From the NCBI GenBank assembly GCA_039589315.1, contig JBDHHQ010000003.1:110886-174885 (forward strand): 64,000 bases of DNA, given 5' to 3'. The notes under the pieces are model-generated. The model searched no databases. It saw only the letters and a program-made list of their open reading frames with translations, and was not told the origin of the DNA. This DNA is from Gemmatimonadota bacterium. Its GTDB lineage: Bacteria > Gemmatimonadota > Gemmatimonadetes > Longimicrobiales > Gaopeijiaceae. Each line of letters begins with the position of its first letter. Position 1 is the stretch's first letter. Below are positions 1 through 8,936 of the stretch, piece after piece. The position numbers and the translations under genes were made by a program.

Positions 1-2
1 GC

Positions 3-413
3 GTGGGGCAGGCAGCGTGCCGGTCCAACGGAGGGATCGCCTCCCAACACCGTGAGAGCCGGGAACCCCAGGGACGCCGCTCGACGGGCGAACATGAGGC
101 AGTAGTCGAGGGGGTGCTTGCAGGTGAGGAAGGGCACCACCTGCTCGAACCCCACCTCGCGGCCCAGATTGTAGCTCAGGTGTGTCAGGCTCTCCTCTTC
201 CTGCGCGCCGACTGCGTTGTCGGTGAGGAAGACCGGTGTGCCGTTCCGGGTCAGATGCCGGAGGGAGTGCCGCATGTCGATCCAGACGTCCATGCCCTCC
301 TCGAGGGAGAGCCGGCTCTTGGGCGGACGCAGCTCCACCGAGGTCATGGGCCCGGGTTCCCGGAGACGCGTGAGCACCGGAGACGTGCGCCGCACCTCAC
401 CGCCACCGCTCAA
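3..413 (-). CDS. Methylenetetrahydrofolate reductase (MetF)-like flavoprotein, N-terminal part, runs off window start
   Basis: Not in the ORF track; translated by hand. The TTG start overlaps the pepP stop (TTGA). Sequence MSGGGEVRRTSPVLTRLREPGPMTSVELRPPK...VFLTDNAVG...VVPFLTCKH...LTVLGGD resembles the MetF motifs (SxExxPPK, LTC, LxGD). Confidence 0.6.
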   Translation of the reverse strand, partial: MSGGGEVRRTSPVLTRLREPGPMTSVELRPPKSRLSLEEGMDVWIDMRHSLRHLTRNGTPVFLTDNAVGAQEEESLTHLSYNLGREVGFEQVVPFLTCKHPLDYCLMFARRAASLGFPALTVLGGDPSVGPARCLPH

Positions 414-1762
414 GGTCGTTGCTCGGGAGGACCGACCAGCGCGGCCACGGCCTCGGCCTCGGTCGGTAGCTCACTGGTGAGACGCTCGGGACCGTCCTCG
501 CCGATGAGCACGTCGTCCTCGATGCGGACGCCCAGGTCGGCGTACGGTCCCGCCCGGTCGCCCACGTGAGGGGGGAAGTAGAGGCCTGGCTCCACCGTGA
601 GCACCATACCCGGCTCCAACAGCCTGCTCGAGCCGTCGTTCGCGTAGTCGCCGACGTCATGCACTTCCAGCCCCAGCCAGTGACCGGTCTGGTGTGGATA
701 GAAGGCTCGATAGTCCTCCGATGCCACGATCTGGTCCACCGACTCGGCGAGCACCCGCAGGTCTCTCAAGCCCTCGGCTATCACGCCGACCGCCGCGTCG
801 TGGACGCCGGCCACGGGCGCCCCGGGCCGCGCCGCCTCGATGGCCGCACGGCGCGCTCGGTCGACGACGTCGTACACGTCGCGCTGCCGCGACGAGAAGG
901 AGCCGGACACGGGAAACGTGCGGGTGATGTCGGCCGAATAGTGGTCCACCTCCGCGCCGGCGTCCACAAGGAGCAAGTCACCGGCGGACAGCCGCGCGCG
1001 ATTGGCCACGTAGTGCAGCACGCACGCGTTCCCGCCAGAGGCGACGATGCTGGCGAACGCGGGGCCTTCGCCGCCTCCCGCCCGAAAGCGCCCGTCCAGA
1101 AGCGCCTCCAGCTCCCACTCCCCCACACCCGGTGCCGTAGCCTCGGCCAACCGACGGAAGCCCTCGACGGTAAGGGACGCAGCCCGGCGGATGCAGTCCA
1201 GCTCCTTCGGGTCCTTGTGGACGCGTAGCTCGCTCAGGATCTCGCCGGGGTCCACCACCGACCGCGGTCCCTGGCCCTTGCGGGCGCCACGACGCCGAGA
1301 CCAACGCAGCGCTTCGACGACGAGCCGCTCCACGCGCTCCTGGCCCCCCAGGCGGTAATTCACCCTGCGAGCACCGTGGAGCAGCCCGGGCAGTCGCTCT
1401 TCCAGCTCGGCCAGGGGAAAGGCGGCGTCCGCGCCGAACGCGTCACGAGCGGCCTCCGGCCCCAGACGAGTACCCGACCACTGCTCGGCCTCGGCATCCC
1501 GCTCCCGGACGAAGAGCACGAATCGCTCCTCGTCGGCGTGGTCCCTCAGGACCGCGACGACGCCCGGCTCCTCCATCCCCGTGACGTAGAGCAGCTCACT
1601 GTCCGGCCGGTACCGGTACTCGGAGTCCCCGGAACGGAACTTCACGGGGGAAGCCGGCAACACCATGGCGCCGCCGTCCAGACGCTCGAAGACCCGGTTC
1701 CTTCGGCCGGAGAACGTCTCGGCGTCGAAGCCGGCCCGGAAATGCTCCAGTCCCATGCCCAA
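410..1762 (-). CDS. pepP: Xaa-Pro aminopeptidase (aminopeptidase P, M24B)
   Basis: AMP_N-like region (YRYRPDSELLYVTG) and M24 metal ligands: VDAGAE..YSADITRT, HQTGHWLGLEVHD, TVEPGLY, GVRIEDD. Confidence 0.93.
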   Translation of the reverse strand: MGMGLEHFRAGFDAETFSGRRNRVFERLDGGAMVLPASPVKFRSGDSEYRYRPDSELLYVTGMEEPGVVAVLRDHADEERFVLFVRERDAEAEQWSGTRLGPEAARDAFGADAAFPLAELEERLPGLLHGARRVNYRLGGQERVERLVVEALRWSRRRGARKGQGPRSVVDPGEILSELRVHKDPKELDCIRRAASLTVEGFRRLAEATAPGVGEWELEALLDGRFRAGGGEGPAFASIVASGGNACVLHYVANRARLSAGDLLLVDAGAEVDHYSADITRTFPVSGSFSSRQRDVYDVVDRARRAAIEAARPGAPVAGVHDAAVGVIAEGLRDLRVLAESVDQIVASEDYRAFYPHQTGHWLGLEVHDVGDYANDGSSRLLEPGMVLTVEPGLYFPPHVGDRAGPYADLGVRIEDDVLIGEDGPERLTSELPTEAEAVAALVGPPEQRP

Positions 1763-1776
1763 TCCAGACCCGTCGT

Positions 1777-3891
1777 TCAGCGGGAGGCGGTCACCGCCTC
1801 CGCCTCATCGATGAGGAAGTGGACCAACCAGCTCCGGATCCTCTCCAGGCGATCGACCAGGAGCCACGGCTCGCCGGTACGCGAGAGGCCATGCGAGGAC
1901 CGCGGGTATCGCACCAGCTCGGCGGGGATGCCCCGCTTCCTCAGCGACAGGTACCACTGCTCCGCGTCCTGCATGGGCGTCCTGTAGTCTTCCTCGCTGT
2001 GGATGACCAGCGTGGGCGCGGTGACGTTCTCCACGTAGGAGATGGGCGAGAGTCTGCGGTACAGGGCCCGCTGCTCCCAGGGCGCACCACCGAACTCGAA
2101 CTCGGTGAGACCCGGCACGTCACTGGTCCCCCACCAGCTTTCCCAGTTCGAGATGGACCGGGAGGTCACAGCGGCGCTGAAGCGGTCGGTCGTGGCCGTG
2201 AGCCAGTTGGTCATGAATCCCCCGTAGCTCCCGCCGGCCACGCCCAGGCGGCCCGGATCCACCTCGGGATAGCGGGCGAGGGCCGCGTCGAGCCCTGTGA
2301 GAAAGTCCTCCCGATCCAGGATTCCCCATTGACCCCTCGTGGCATGCTCGAAGGCGTTGCCGTAGCCCGACGAACCGCGGGGGTTCGTGTAGAGGACGAA
2401 GAAACCCGCCGCAGAGAGCACGTGAAAGGTCGGAAAGAACCTGTTGCCGTAGGCCGAGTGCGGTCCGCCGTGGATCTTGAGCACCAGAGGATAACGTCCG
2501 CCGGCCTCGAAGCCGACCGGCTTGATGATCCACCCCTCGATCTGGGCGCCATCCTGCACGGTCCAGGTGATCCGCTCGGCATCCATCAGCGCGAGCTCAT
2601 TGGCCAAGGCGTCGTTGAAGGCCGTCGCCTGAACCTCCTCCGTCCCGTCACCCCGGGCCACGAACAGCTCGACAGGAGAGGTGACGTCGGTCGCCGCGTA
2701 CGCGAGGACGGCCCCGTCCCGGCTGAAGGACAGATCACGGAGCTGTCGGTCGCCGTCCGTGATCTGTTGCACCCCCCCACCCGAGGCGGCCATCCGGAAC
2801 GCATGGGCGTTGCCGCCGATCCTCGCGCCCCAGGTGAACGCGAGTCCGTCGGCGCTCCACTGTACGGGACCCGGCTCGAGGGGCCAATCCTCGGTGACGT
2901 TCGTGGGTACGCCGCGGGTCGTCCCGTCGGGGCCCAGCTCTGCCACCCAGACGTCGGTCTCGGCGCCCCGCTGCGACGTGGTCAGCCAGGCCAGCCGCGT
3001 CCCGTCCGGAGAGACCGCGGGCGATCGCTGTGAGCCCGGGGCGTCGGCGACTCGGCGGGCTGATCCACCCGCCGCCGAAACGACCCAGAGGTCGACGTCG
3101 GGCTCGGCACGGTATCCGTCGTCCTCCAGCTCGTCGCCCGCGAAGTAGACATGCAGGCTGTTGCCCGCCCAGGTGACGTCCTCGACGTCGAACGGTCCTC
3201 GGGTCAGCTGCCGTGACTCGCCGCCCTCCGAGGAAACCACGAACAGCTGGCGCTTCCCTCGCGCGGACCGGTCAGGCAGAAGGCCAGCGGTCCCATCCCG
3301 CTTGTACCGCAGAGACGTGATGACCCGTCCGTCGAAGCGACCCGCGTCCAGCGTCCGGGTCACGGCGTCCCCCGCGATCCACCCCTCCCGCTCGGACTCG
3401 GCGTCACCCGATCCCTCCGGCACTCGGGTGAACGCGATCCTGGACCCGTCTGGCGACCATACGGGGGAGCCGTCCACACCCGCGATGTGGAAGGCCTCTC
3501 CGACGGCTGCCGCATCCATCCGCAGGAACCAGACGTCGTTGGGGTCGTCGCCGCGCTGCGACTTGAAGGACAACATGGCACCGTCCGGCGACCACACCGG
3601 ATCGGAGGACTCCTCCGTGGGCGAGGTGAGGCGGAAGGGTCCGCCCGACGGTCGCCCGGCGTCCAGGCCCTGGAGCCAGATCTCCCTGTGGCGGCGGTTC
3701 TCCTCCTCGAGGACGGTGGTCAGGGTGAACGCCACCATGTCTCCGGAGGGAGCCACGGCCACCTGGTCCACCCGGGACAGCCGGTAATAGTCGGCCGGCG
3801 CGAAGCCCCGTGCCTGACCGGCGACGGGGGTCACGAGCACAATGGCGAGGAGGGAGGCAGCGCACGCCCCCCTCACACTGCGGTAGTCCAT
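1777..3891 (-). CDS. Exported S9 family peptidase (acylaminoacyl/dipeptidyl aminopeptidase-like)
   Basis: Signal peptide, beta-propeller WSPDG repeats, IHGGPH, nucleophile GGSYGG, HSEED and H of the catalytic triad. Confidence 0.93.
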   Translation of the reverse strand: MDYRSVRGACAASLLAIVLVTPVAGQARGFAPADYYRLSRVDQVAVAPSGDMVAFTLTTVLEEENRRHREIWLQGLDAGRPSGGPFRLTSPTEESSDPVWSPDGAMLSFKSQRGDDPNDVWFLRMDAAAVGEAFHIAGVDGSPVWSPDGSRIAFTRVPEGSGDAESEREGWIAGDAVTRTLDAGRFDGRVITSLRYKRDGTAGLLPDRSARGKRQLFVVSSEGGESRQLTRGPFDVEDVTWAGNSLHVYFAGDELEDDGYRAEPDVDLWVVSAAGGSARRVADAPGSQRSPAVSPDGTRLAWLTTSQRGAETDVWVAELGPDGTTRGVPTNVTEDWPLEPGPVQWSADGLAFTWGARIGGNAHAFRMAASGGGVQQITDGDRQLRDLSFSRDGAVLAYAATDVTSPVELFVARGDGTEEVQATAFNDALANELALMDAERITWTVQDGAQIEGWIIKPVGFEAGGRYPLVLKIHGGPHSAYGNRFFPTFHVLSAAGFFVLYTNPRGSSGYGNAFEHATRGQWGILDREDFLTGLDAALARYPEVDPGRLGVAGGSYGGFMTNWLTATTDRFSAAVTSRSISNWESWWGTSDVPGLTEFEFGGAPWEQRALYRRLSPISYVENVTAPTLVIHSEEDYRTPMQDAEQWYLSLRKRGIPAELVRYPRSSHGLSRTGEPWLLVDRLERIRSWLVHFLIDEAEAVTASR

Positions 3892-4222
3892 CGGGTCTCC
3901 GGATTGCAGGTCGACGGCGGGCGGCGGGCCCGCACGTTCGCTGCCGACCGGATGGCCCTCGTTGCCGTGCCTGGACGGCCGGAAGCGGGTGGAACTTATC
4001 CGTTTTCAGGGGTCGGCCTCAAGGCGCCGGCGCCGGCGGGGCACGACGGTCGTGGCGAGTCTGGGCGAGCGGAGCCCGTGCCGGGTTCCGCTCTCGGCTC
4101 GGCACGCGTTATCGTGTGCGGGCCCGCGGGGGTCTTGTGCGGGTCCGCCGGACCGGATGTGAGCCCGCGGCGCAGCGGCCGGCGGTCCTGCTCGAGTAGC
4201 CGCGGAAGAGCGAGGAGAGACT

Positions 4223-6343
4223 TTGCGGAGCGCCGTGATCATCGGGGCCGGGCTCGTCCTGTCGGCAACCGCCCCCCTGCTCCCGAGCGCGGGGCCCGTT
4301 CGTGCTCAGGAACCCGCGCCGGACAGCCTTCCTCCGGTCACCGTCGACACCTTGGTCGTTCAGGTGCTTCGCACCCCGGTGGAGCTGGGCAACGTGCCCT
4401 TCTCCGTGTCCACCGCCGGAGTCGAAACCCTGCGGAGGGGCAAGGCCGGAGTCTCACTCGAGGAAGCCCTGCAGGCAGTCCCCGGCGTCCAGCTCCAGAA
4501 CCGCTACAACTACTCGACGGGAGAGCGGGTCGCGGTGCGGGGCCTGGGCGCCCGCGCCCAGTTCGGCGTCCGTGGTCTCAAGGTGCTGATCGACGGGATT
4601 CCAGCTACGCTACCGGACGGCCAGTCCACCCTCGATCACCTGGACCTGGGCTCGTTGGGCCGGGCGGAGATCCTGCGGGGACCCGCATCGGCCCTGTACG
4701 GCAACGCCTCCGGGGGGGTGCTGTCGTTCTCCACTGCGCCACCCCCGACCACCCCGTTTCGCCCCGACGTGCTGATCGTCGGCGGAAGCGACGGACTGTT
4801 TCGGCTGCAGGGTACCGCGGCCGGGACGGCCGGTGCCACGCGGTACCTGGCCAACGTGGCGTGGCTCGGCTACGACGGATTCCGTACCAACCCCCTGGAG
4901 CCGGAGGGCCAACCCTACAGCCGCGCGGAACGCCTGAACGTCAATGGCCAGCTCTCGTGGAACGTCTGGGGCGGCAGGCTCGGCCTGACGGTCAACGCCC
5001 TTCGCCTGGATGCCGAGAACCCAGGGTCGCTGTCGGATTCGCTGCTCGCGGTGGGAGATCGCGAGGCGTTCCGTTTCAACGTCATTCAGCAGACCCGGAA
5101 GGAGGTGAGCCAGGGCCAGGCCGGCGTGAGCTGGGAGGGTCCGGTGGGCTCGCTTCGGGGCCAGATCACCGCGTACGGCATCACGCGAACGCTGGACAAC
5201 CCAATCCCGCCGGTGGTGATCGACCTCGGTCGTCTGGCGGGAGGAGTGAGAGCCACCCTGGGGAGCGGCTCGGTGCGGTCGGAGGAGCGGGCCGGTTGGC
5301 TCGTCGGCGCCGACCTCGAGCTCCAGCGCGACGACAGGCTCAACTACGACAACGACGGCGGCGAGCGAGGCGAGGTCGTATTGGACCAGCTCGAGCGCGT
5401 GCGGGGGGTGGGTGTCTTCGCCCAGGGAGGCCTGGGAGTGGGATCGCGACTCCGTGTGGTCGGCGCCCTCCGTTACGACCGGTCGAGCTTCGAGGCCGAC
5501 GACCGCCTTCCCGCACGCTTTCCCGGACAGGGCCTCGAGGACGCATCCGGTGACCGCACCATGGACGCCCTGAGCCCTTCGGTCGGCATCAGCCTGGACG
5601 CCGGATCGGGACAGACCGCCTTCGTCAGCGCCTCGTCGCTCTTCGGAACGCCGACGACCACCGAGCTCGCGAACCAGCCGGATGGCTCCCGCGGCTTCAA
5701 CCAGGAGCTCGACCCACAGACGGGCTTCACGCTGGAAGCCGGTGCGCGGGGGCGCTTGGGTGGGTCGGCCGGATACGAGATCGCCTTCTTCCGCACGCAG
5801 CTCGAGGGCGAGCTCATTCCGTTCGAGTCGCCGGACCAGCCGGGCCGGACCTTCTTCCAGAACGCGGGATCGTCTCGGTACCGAGGCGTGGAGGCCTCTC
5901 TGTTCGGCTCCGCGGGTAGGGGAGTGAGCGGGAGGGTCACCTATACGTTCACGGACGCCGAGTTCGAGGACTACGTGGTCGACGGCGAAGATCTGCGCGG
6001 CAACAAGATCCCGGGTCAGGCTCCGCACCGAGTGGAGGCCCTGCTACGCATCGATCAGGGGAGGGGCTATGGCGAGCTCCGGTATCTCTTCATGGACGCA
6101 ATCCCGGTGAATGACCGGAACACGGCGTCTTCCGACGGCTACGGTCTCGTGGACCTTCGGGGGGGATTCGCCGACCTGGCCCTTGGCCGGCTGGTGCTGT
6201 CGCCCTTCGTGGGGGTGAACAACCTGTTCGACGAGACCTACGTGGCGTCCGTGGTGGTCAACGCGTTCGGCGGCCGGTTCTTCGAGCCGGGCCCCACCCG
6301 GACCCTCTACGTGGGCCTGTCGGCCGGCTGGCCGGGAGGCTGA
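4223..6343 (+). CDS. TonB-dependent outer membrane receptor
   Basis: Signal peptide, TonB box-like DTLVV, plug motifs (VLIDGIP, EILRGPASALYG), C-terminal VNNLFD...PGPTRTLYVG. Confidence 0.92.
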   Translation: MRSAVIIGAGLVLSATAPLLPSAGPVRAQEPAPDSLPPVTVDTLVVQVLRTPVELGNVPFSVSTAGVETLRRGKAGVSLEEALQAVPGVQLQNRYNYSTGERVAVRGLGARAQFGVRGLKVLIDGIPATLPDGQSTLDHLDLGSLGRAEILRGPASALYGNASGGVLSFSTAPPPTTPFRPDVLIVGGSDGLFRLQGTAAGTAGATRYLANVAWLGYDGFRTNPLEPEGQPYSRAERLNVNGQLSWNVWGGRLGLTVNALRLDAENPGSLSDSLLAVGDREAFRFNVIQQTRKEVSQGQAGVSWEGPVGSLRGQITAYGITRTLDNPIPPVVIDLGRLAGGVRATLGSGSVRSEERAGWLVGADLELQRDDRLNYDNDGGERGEVVLDQLERVRGVGVFAQGGLGVGSRLRVVGALRYDRSSFEADDRLPARFPGQGLEDASGDRTMDALSPSVGISLDAGSGQTAFVSASSLFGTPTTTELANQPDGSRGFNQELDPQTGFTLEAGARGRLGGSAGYEIAFFRTQLEGELIPFESPDQPGRTFFQNAGSSRYRGVEASLFGSAGRGVSGRVTYTFTDAEFEDYVVDGEDLRGNKIPGQAPHRVEALLRIDQGRGYGELRYLFMDAIPVNDRNTASSDGYGLVDLRGGFADLALGRLVLSPFVGVNNLFDETYVASVVVNAFGGRFFEPGPTRTLYVGLSAGWPGG

Positions 6344-6373
6344 GCGGTAGCGTCGGCACGGCGCCTGCCCGCA

Positions 6374-7489
6374 TCAGCCCGCCATCGCCCGGAAGAACTC
6401 ACCGTGCCCATCGACGATACGCCGCTGGGCGTCCGGGTCGGGCTCCAGCGACCAGTTCCCCCGCTCGAACGTGCCCCCGAGGAGGATCCCGTCGCTGCGC
6501 GGGATCATGTAGAGTCCCCCCGCCAGCGTGACGTAATCCACGTCGTCCTGCGGCACCAGCACATGGAGCTGGCCCTTCACCGGCACGAGCTCCTCGTCGC
6601 CGAAGAGGGCTCGGGCACCGAGCCCCGTGCAGTTCATGATGACGTGCTCGGGCAAGCTCATGACGTCGTCCATGCCGCGCAGCTCCCTCACCACGACGTC
6701 GCCACCGGCACGACGCACCTCGTGGAGCATCTCGCGAAGGTAGATGTGGGGCTCGATGACCATGGTCAGAAAGCGGAGCGCGTGACGATCGCCGAAGGGG
6801 TGCTCGCCGGGCGACAAGCTCTCCAGCCCCGGATACAGCTCGGCGATCTCCTCGATCCAGGAGGGTCGGCTCACGGGTCGATCGCCGAAGACGTAGCTGT
6901 CCAGCCAACGAATCCCGAACCGGGCCCGGGGGACGTCCTGGAAGTGGCGGTGCGCCAGCCGCGATGCGTCCCGGAACGCACGGCCGAAGTCACCGGTCAT
7001 GTTCGACGCCTCCGCTACCGACGTCGGTGCCCACAGTCCGCCGGCTACGTTGGACGTGGTGCGCGGCGGAAGATCGCGGGCGTAGATCGTCACCTGCCAG
7101 CCGCGGCGCTGCAGCAGACGGGCCGTCGCCAACCCCACCGCACCGCAGCCGAGCACGGCGGCACTCCGGTCTTCCGCATGCATGGCTTCGACCACTGCCT
7201 GTTCGGCGGTGCCCCAGGAGAGGGTGATGCCGGCGCCACCGTGGCCGTAGTCGTGGACCACCAGCTTGTCGTCCATCCGCTCGGCCTCGACCCGGAAGCC
7301 GCTCGGCCGGTAGGGGCGGAGCCCCACCACGGTCCTGATCACCCGGTCCCGCGAAGCTCGTACCGGCACGTGCGACCGGCGCGGCGCTGCGGTGGCCGGC
7401 CCCGGTCCACTCCCCCGCCCGGAGCAACCCGAGGCCAGGGCGGCCAGCGCGGCCGCTCCGGACGATCGTAGCCATCGCCTGCGGTCCAT
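6374..7489 (-). CDS. D-amino acid oxidase family FAD-dependent oxidoreductase, Tat/lipoprotein signal, permuted domain order
   Basis: Start MDRRRWLRSSGAAALAALASGC after a GGAGG RBS. Motifs VGLRPYR, HDYGHGGAGITLSWG, VLGCGAVG, NCTGLGA, PVKGQ, YMIP, LGGT. Confidence 0.88.
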   Translation of the reverse strand: MDRRRWLRSSGAAALAALASGCSGRGSGPGPATAAPRRSHVPVRASRDRVIRTVVGLRPYRPSGFRVEAERMDDKLVVHDYGHGGAGITLSWGTAEQAVVEAMHAEDRSAAVLGCGAVGLATARLLQRRGWQVTIYARDLPPRTTSNVAGGLWAPTSVAEASNMTGDFGRAFRDASRLAHRHFQDVPRARFGIRWLDSYVFGDRPVSRPSWIEEIAELYPGLESLSPGEHPFGDRHALRFLTMVIEPHIYLREMLHEVRRAGGDVVVRELRGMDDVMSLPEHVIMNCTGLGARALFGDEELVPVKGQLHVLVPQDDVDYVTLAGGLYMIPRSDGILLGGTFERGNWSLEPDPDAQRRIVDGHGEFFRAMAG

Positions 7490-7807
7490 TCCGCCTCCCG
7501 GTTGAGCCGAAGTGCCCTCTGCGGCACGGTAGCGAACTCGCGGGTCCGCCGCAGCCCCGGTCCCTTCTCGGTCCTGGGGAAGCCGTGGCCCGGGTGGGCC
7601 CCGAGCCAGCAGGGACGCGCCCGGCGCACGGGCCCCCTGGACCGTCAGCGGCTCGTCGCCAGCACCCGCCACGTACCGCGCATGGAACCGTCGCGGAATT
7701 CTGCGGATTGTGTATTATCGAGTCGTCGATGCGGGTACGCAGCGCCTCCGCCCCTCTTGGCGCCCTGGCCCGCCGCAGAGTCCTCACTGGCTCCCGAGGA
7801 GGTCCCC

Positions 7808-8656
7808 ATGGGTTCCTACAGCCACCCCGAAGTCCTCGTTTCCACCGATTGGGTCGCCGAGCATGCGAACGACCCGAACGTGGCCGTCGTCGAGGTGAAC
7901 GTCGACACCGAGCTCTACGATCAAGGTCACATCCCGGGCGCGATCGGCTGGAGCTGGAAGACTCAGCTCAGCGACAACGTGCGGCGGGACATCCTCTCCA
8001 AGGCCGATCTGGAGGCCCTGCTCTCCAGCTCCGGGGTCGGCACCGACTCCACCGTCATCCTCTATGGCGACAGCAACAACTGGTTTGCCGCCTGGGCTTT
8101 CTGGCAGCTCAAGGTCTACGGTCACCCGGACGTGAGGCTCATGGACGGCGGGCGGAGGAAGTGGGCTGCAGAGGGCCGCGCCATGACGACGGACGCTCCG
8201 GCGATCTCGCCCACGAGCTACATCGCCGCCGAGGCGGACAACTCACTCCGCGCCTTTCTGCCCGAGGTCCGGACAAGCGTCCAGAGCGGCGCCATCGAGC
8301 TCGTGGACGTCCGCAGCCCGGCCGAGTTCAGCGGCGAGATTCTGGCGCCTCCAGGCCTCCCGGAGACCTGTCAGCGAGGGGGGCACATCCCCGGTGCGTC
8401 GAACATCCCCTGGGGCAAGGCGGTGAACGACGACGACGGGACGTTCCGCACGGTCGACGAGCTCATCGACATCTACCGGACCGCTGGAATCACGGGAGAG
8501 AAGCCCATCGTCGCCTACTGCCGGATCGGTGAGCGGAGCAGCCATTCCTGGTTCGTGCTGAGGTACCTGATCGGCTACGACGACGTGAAGAACTACGACG
8601 GCTCCTGGACGGAGTGGGGAAACCTGGTCGGAGCCCCCGTGGAGCGGGGGAACTGA
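7808..8656 (+). CDS. Thiosulfate sulfurtransferase (tandem rhodanese, CysA/SseA-like)
   Basis: GAGGAGG RBS; GHIPGA twice; active-site CRIGERS; C-terminal YDGSWTEW. Confidence 0.93.
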   Translation: MGSYSHPEVLVSTDWVAEHANDPNVAVVEVNVDTELYDQGHIPGAIGWSWKTQLSDNVRRDILSKADLEALLSSSGVGTDSTVILYGDSNNWFAAWAFWQLKVYGHPDVRLMDGGRRKWAAEGRAMTTDAPAISPTSYIAAEADNSLRAFLPEVRTSVQSGAIELVDVRSPAEFSGEILAPPGLPETCQRGGHIPGASNIPWGKAVNDDDGTFRTVDELIDIYRTAGITGEKPIVAYCRIGERSSHSWFVLRYLIGYDDVKNYDGSWTEWGNLVGAPVERGN

Positions 8657-8936
8657 GGCGGCACCTCCACGGGCCCGTGACGTTCCGGCGCTGGACCGCC
8701 GAGGCGCCGCACTAGAAACGCGCCTCCGCACAGGGGTATCATGAGGGCCCCGGCCGACCCAGGCGGCCGGGGCCCTCGTCGTCTCGGATCCGACCCACGT
8801 CGTCGGTGCCGGGCGACGTGCCGACCACGTCGCGAACGGCAGCCGCGCGCCCGTGTTTCAGCCTCGCCCAAGAGGGCCATGCGGGAACCCGGCGGGTACA
8901 TCCGAGATGAGCGCAGACCTTCGAGGGAGAGCCCCC

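Noticed and set aside
3991..4016. ECF sigma promoter (GGAACTT...GTC) upstream of the TonB receptor
   Set aside because: The spacing and -10 element are a weak match, so support is insufficient.
3487..5553. Long alternative-frame ORFs (e.g. 3487..5553, 22313..24265, 39916..41796, 58742..61672)
   Set aside because: They are Arg/Gly/Pro-rich or antisense shadows of well-supported genes, as expected at this GC content.
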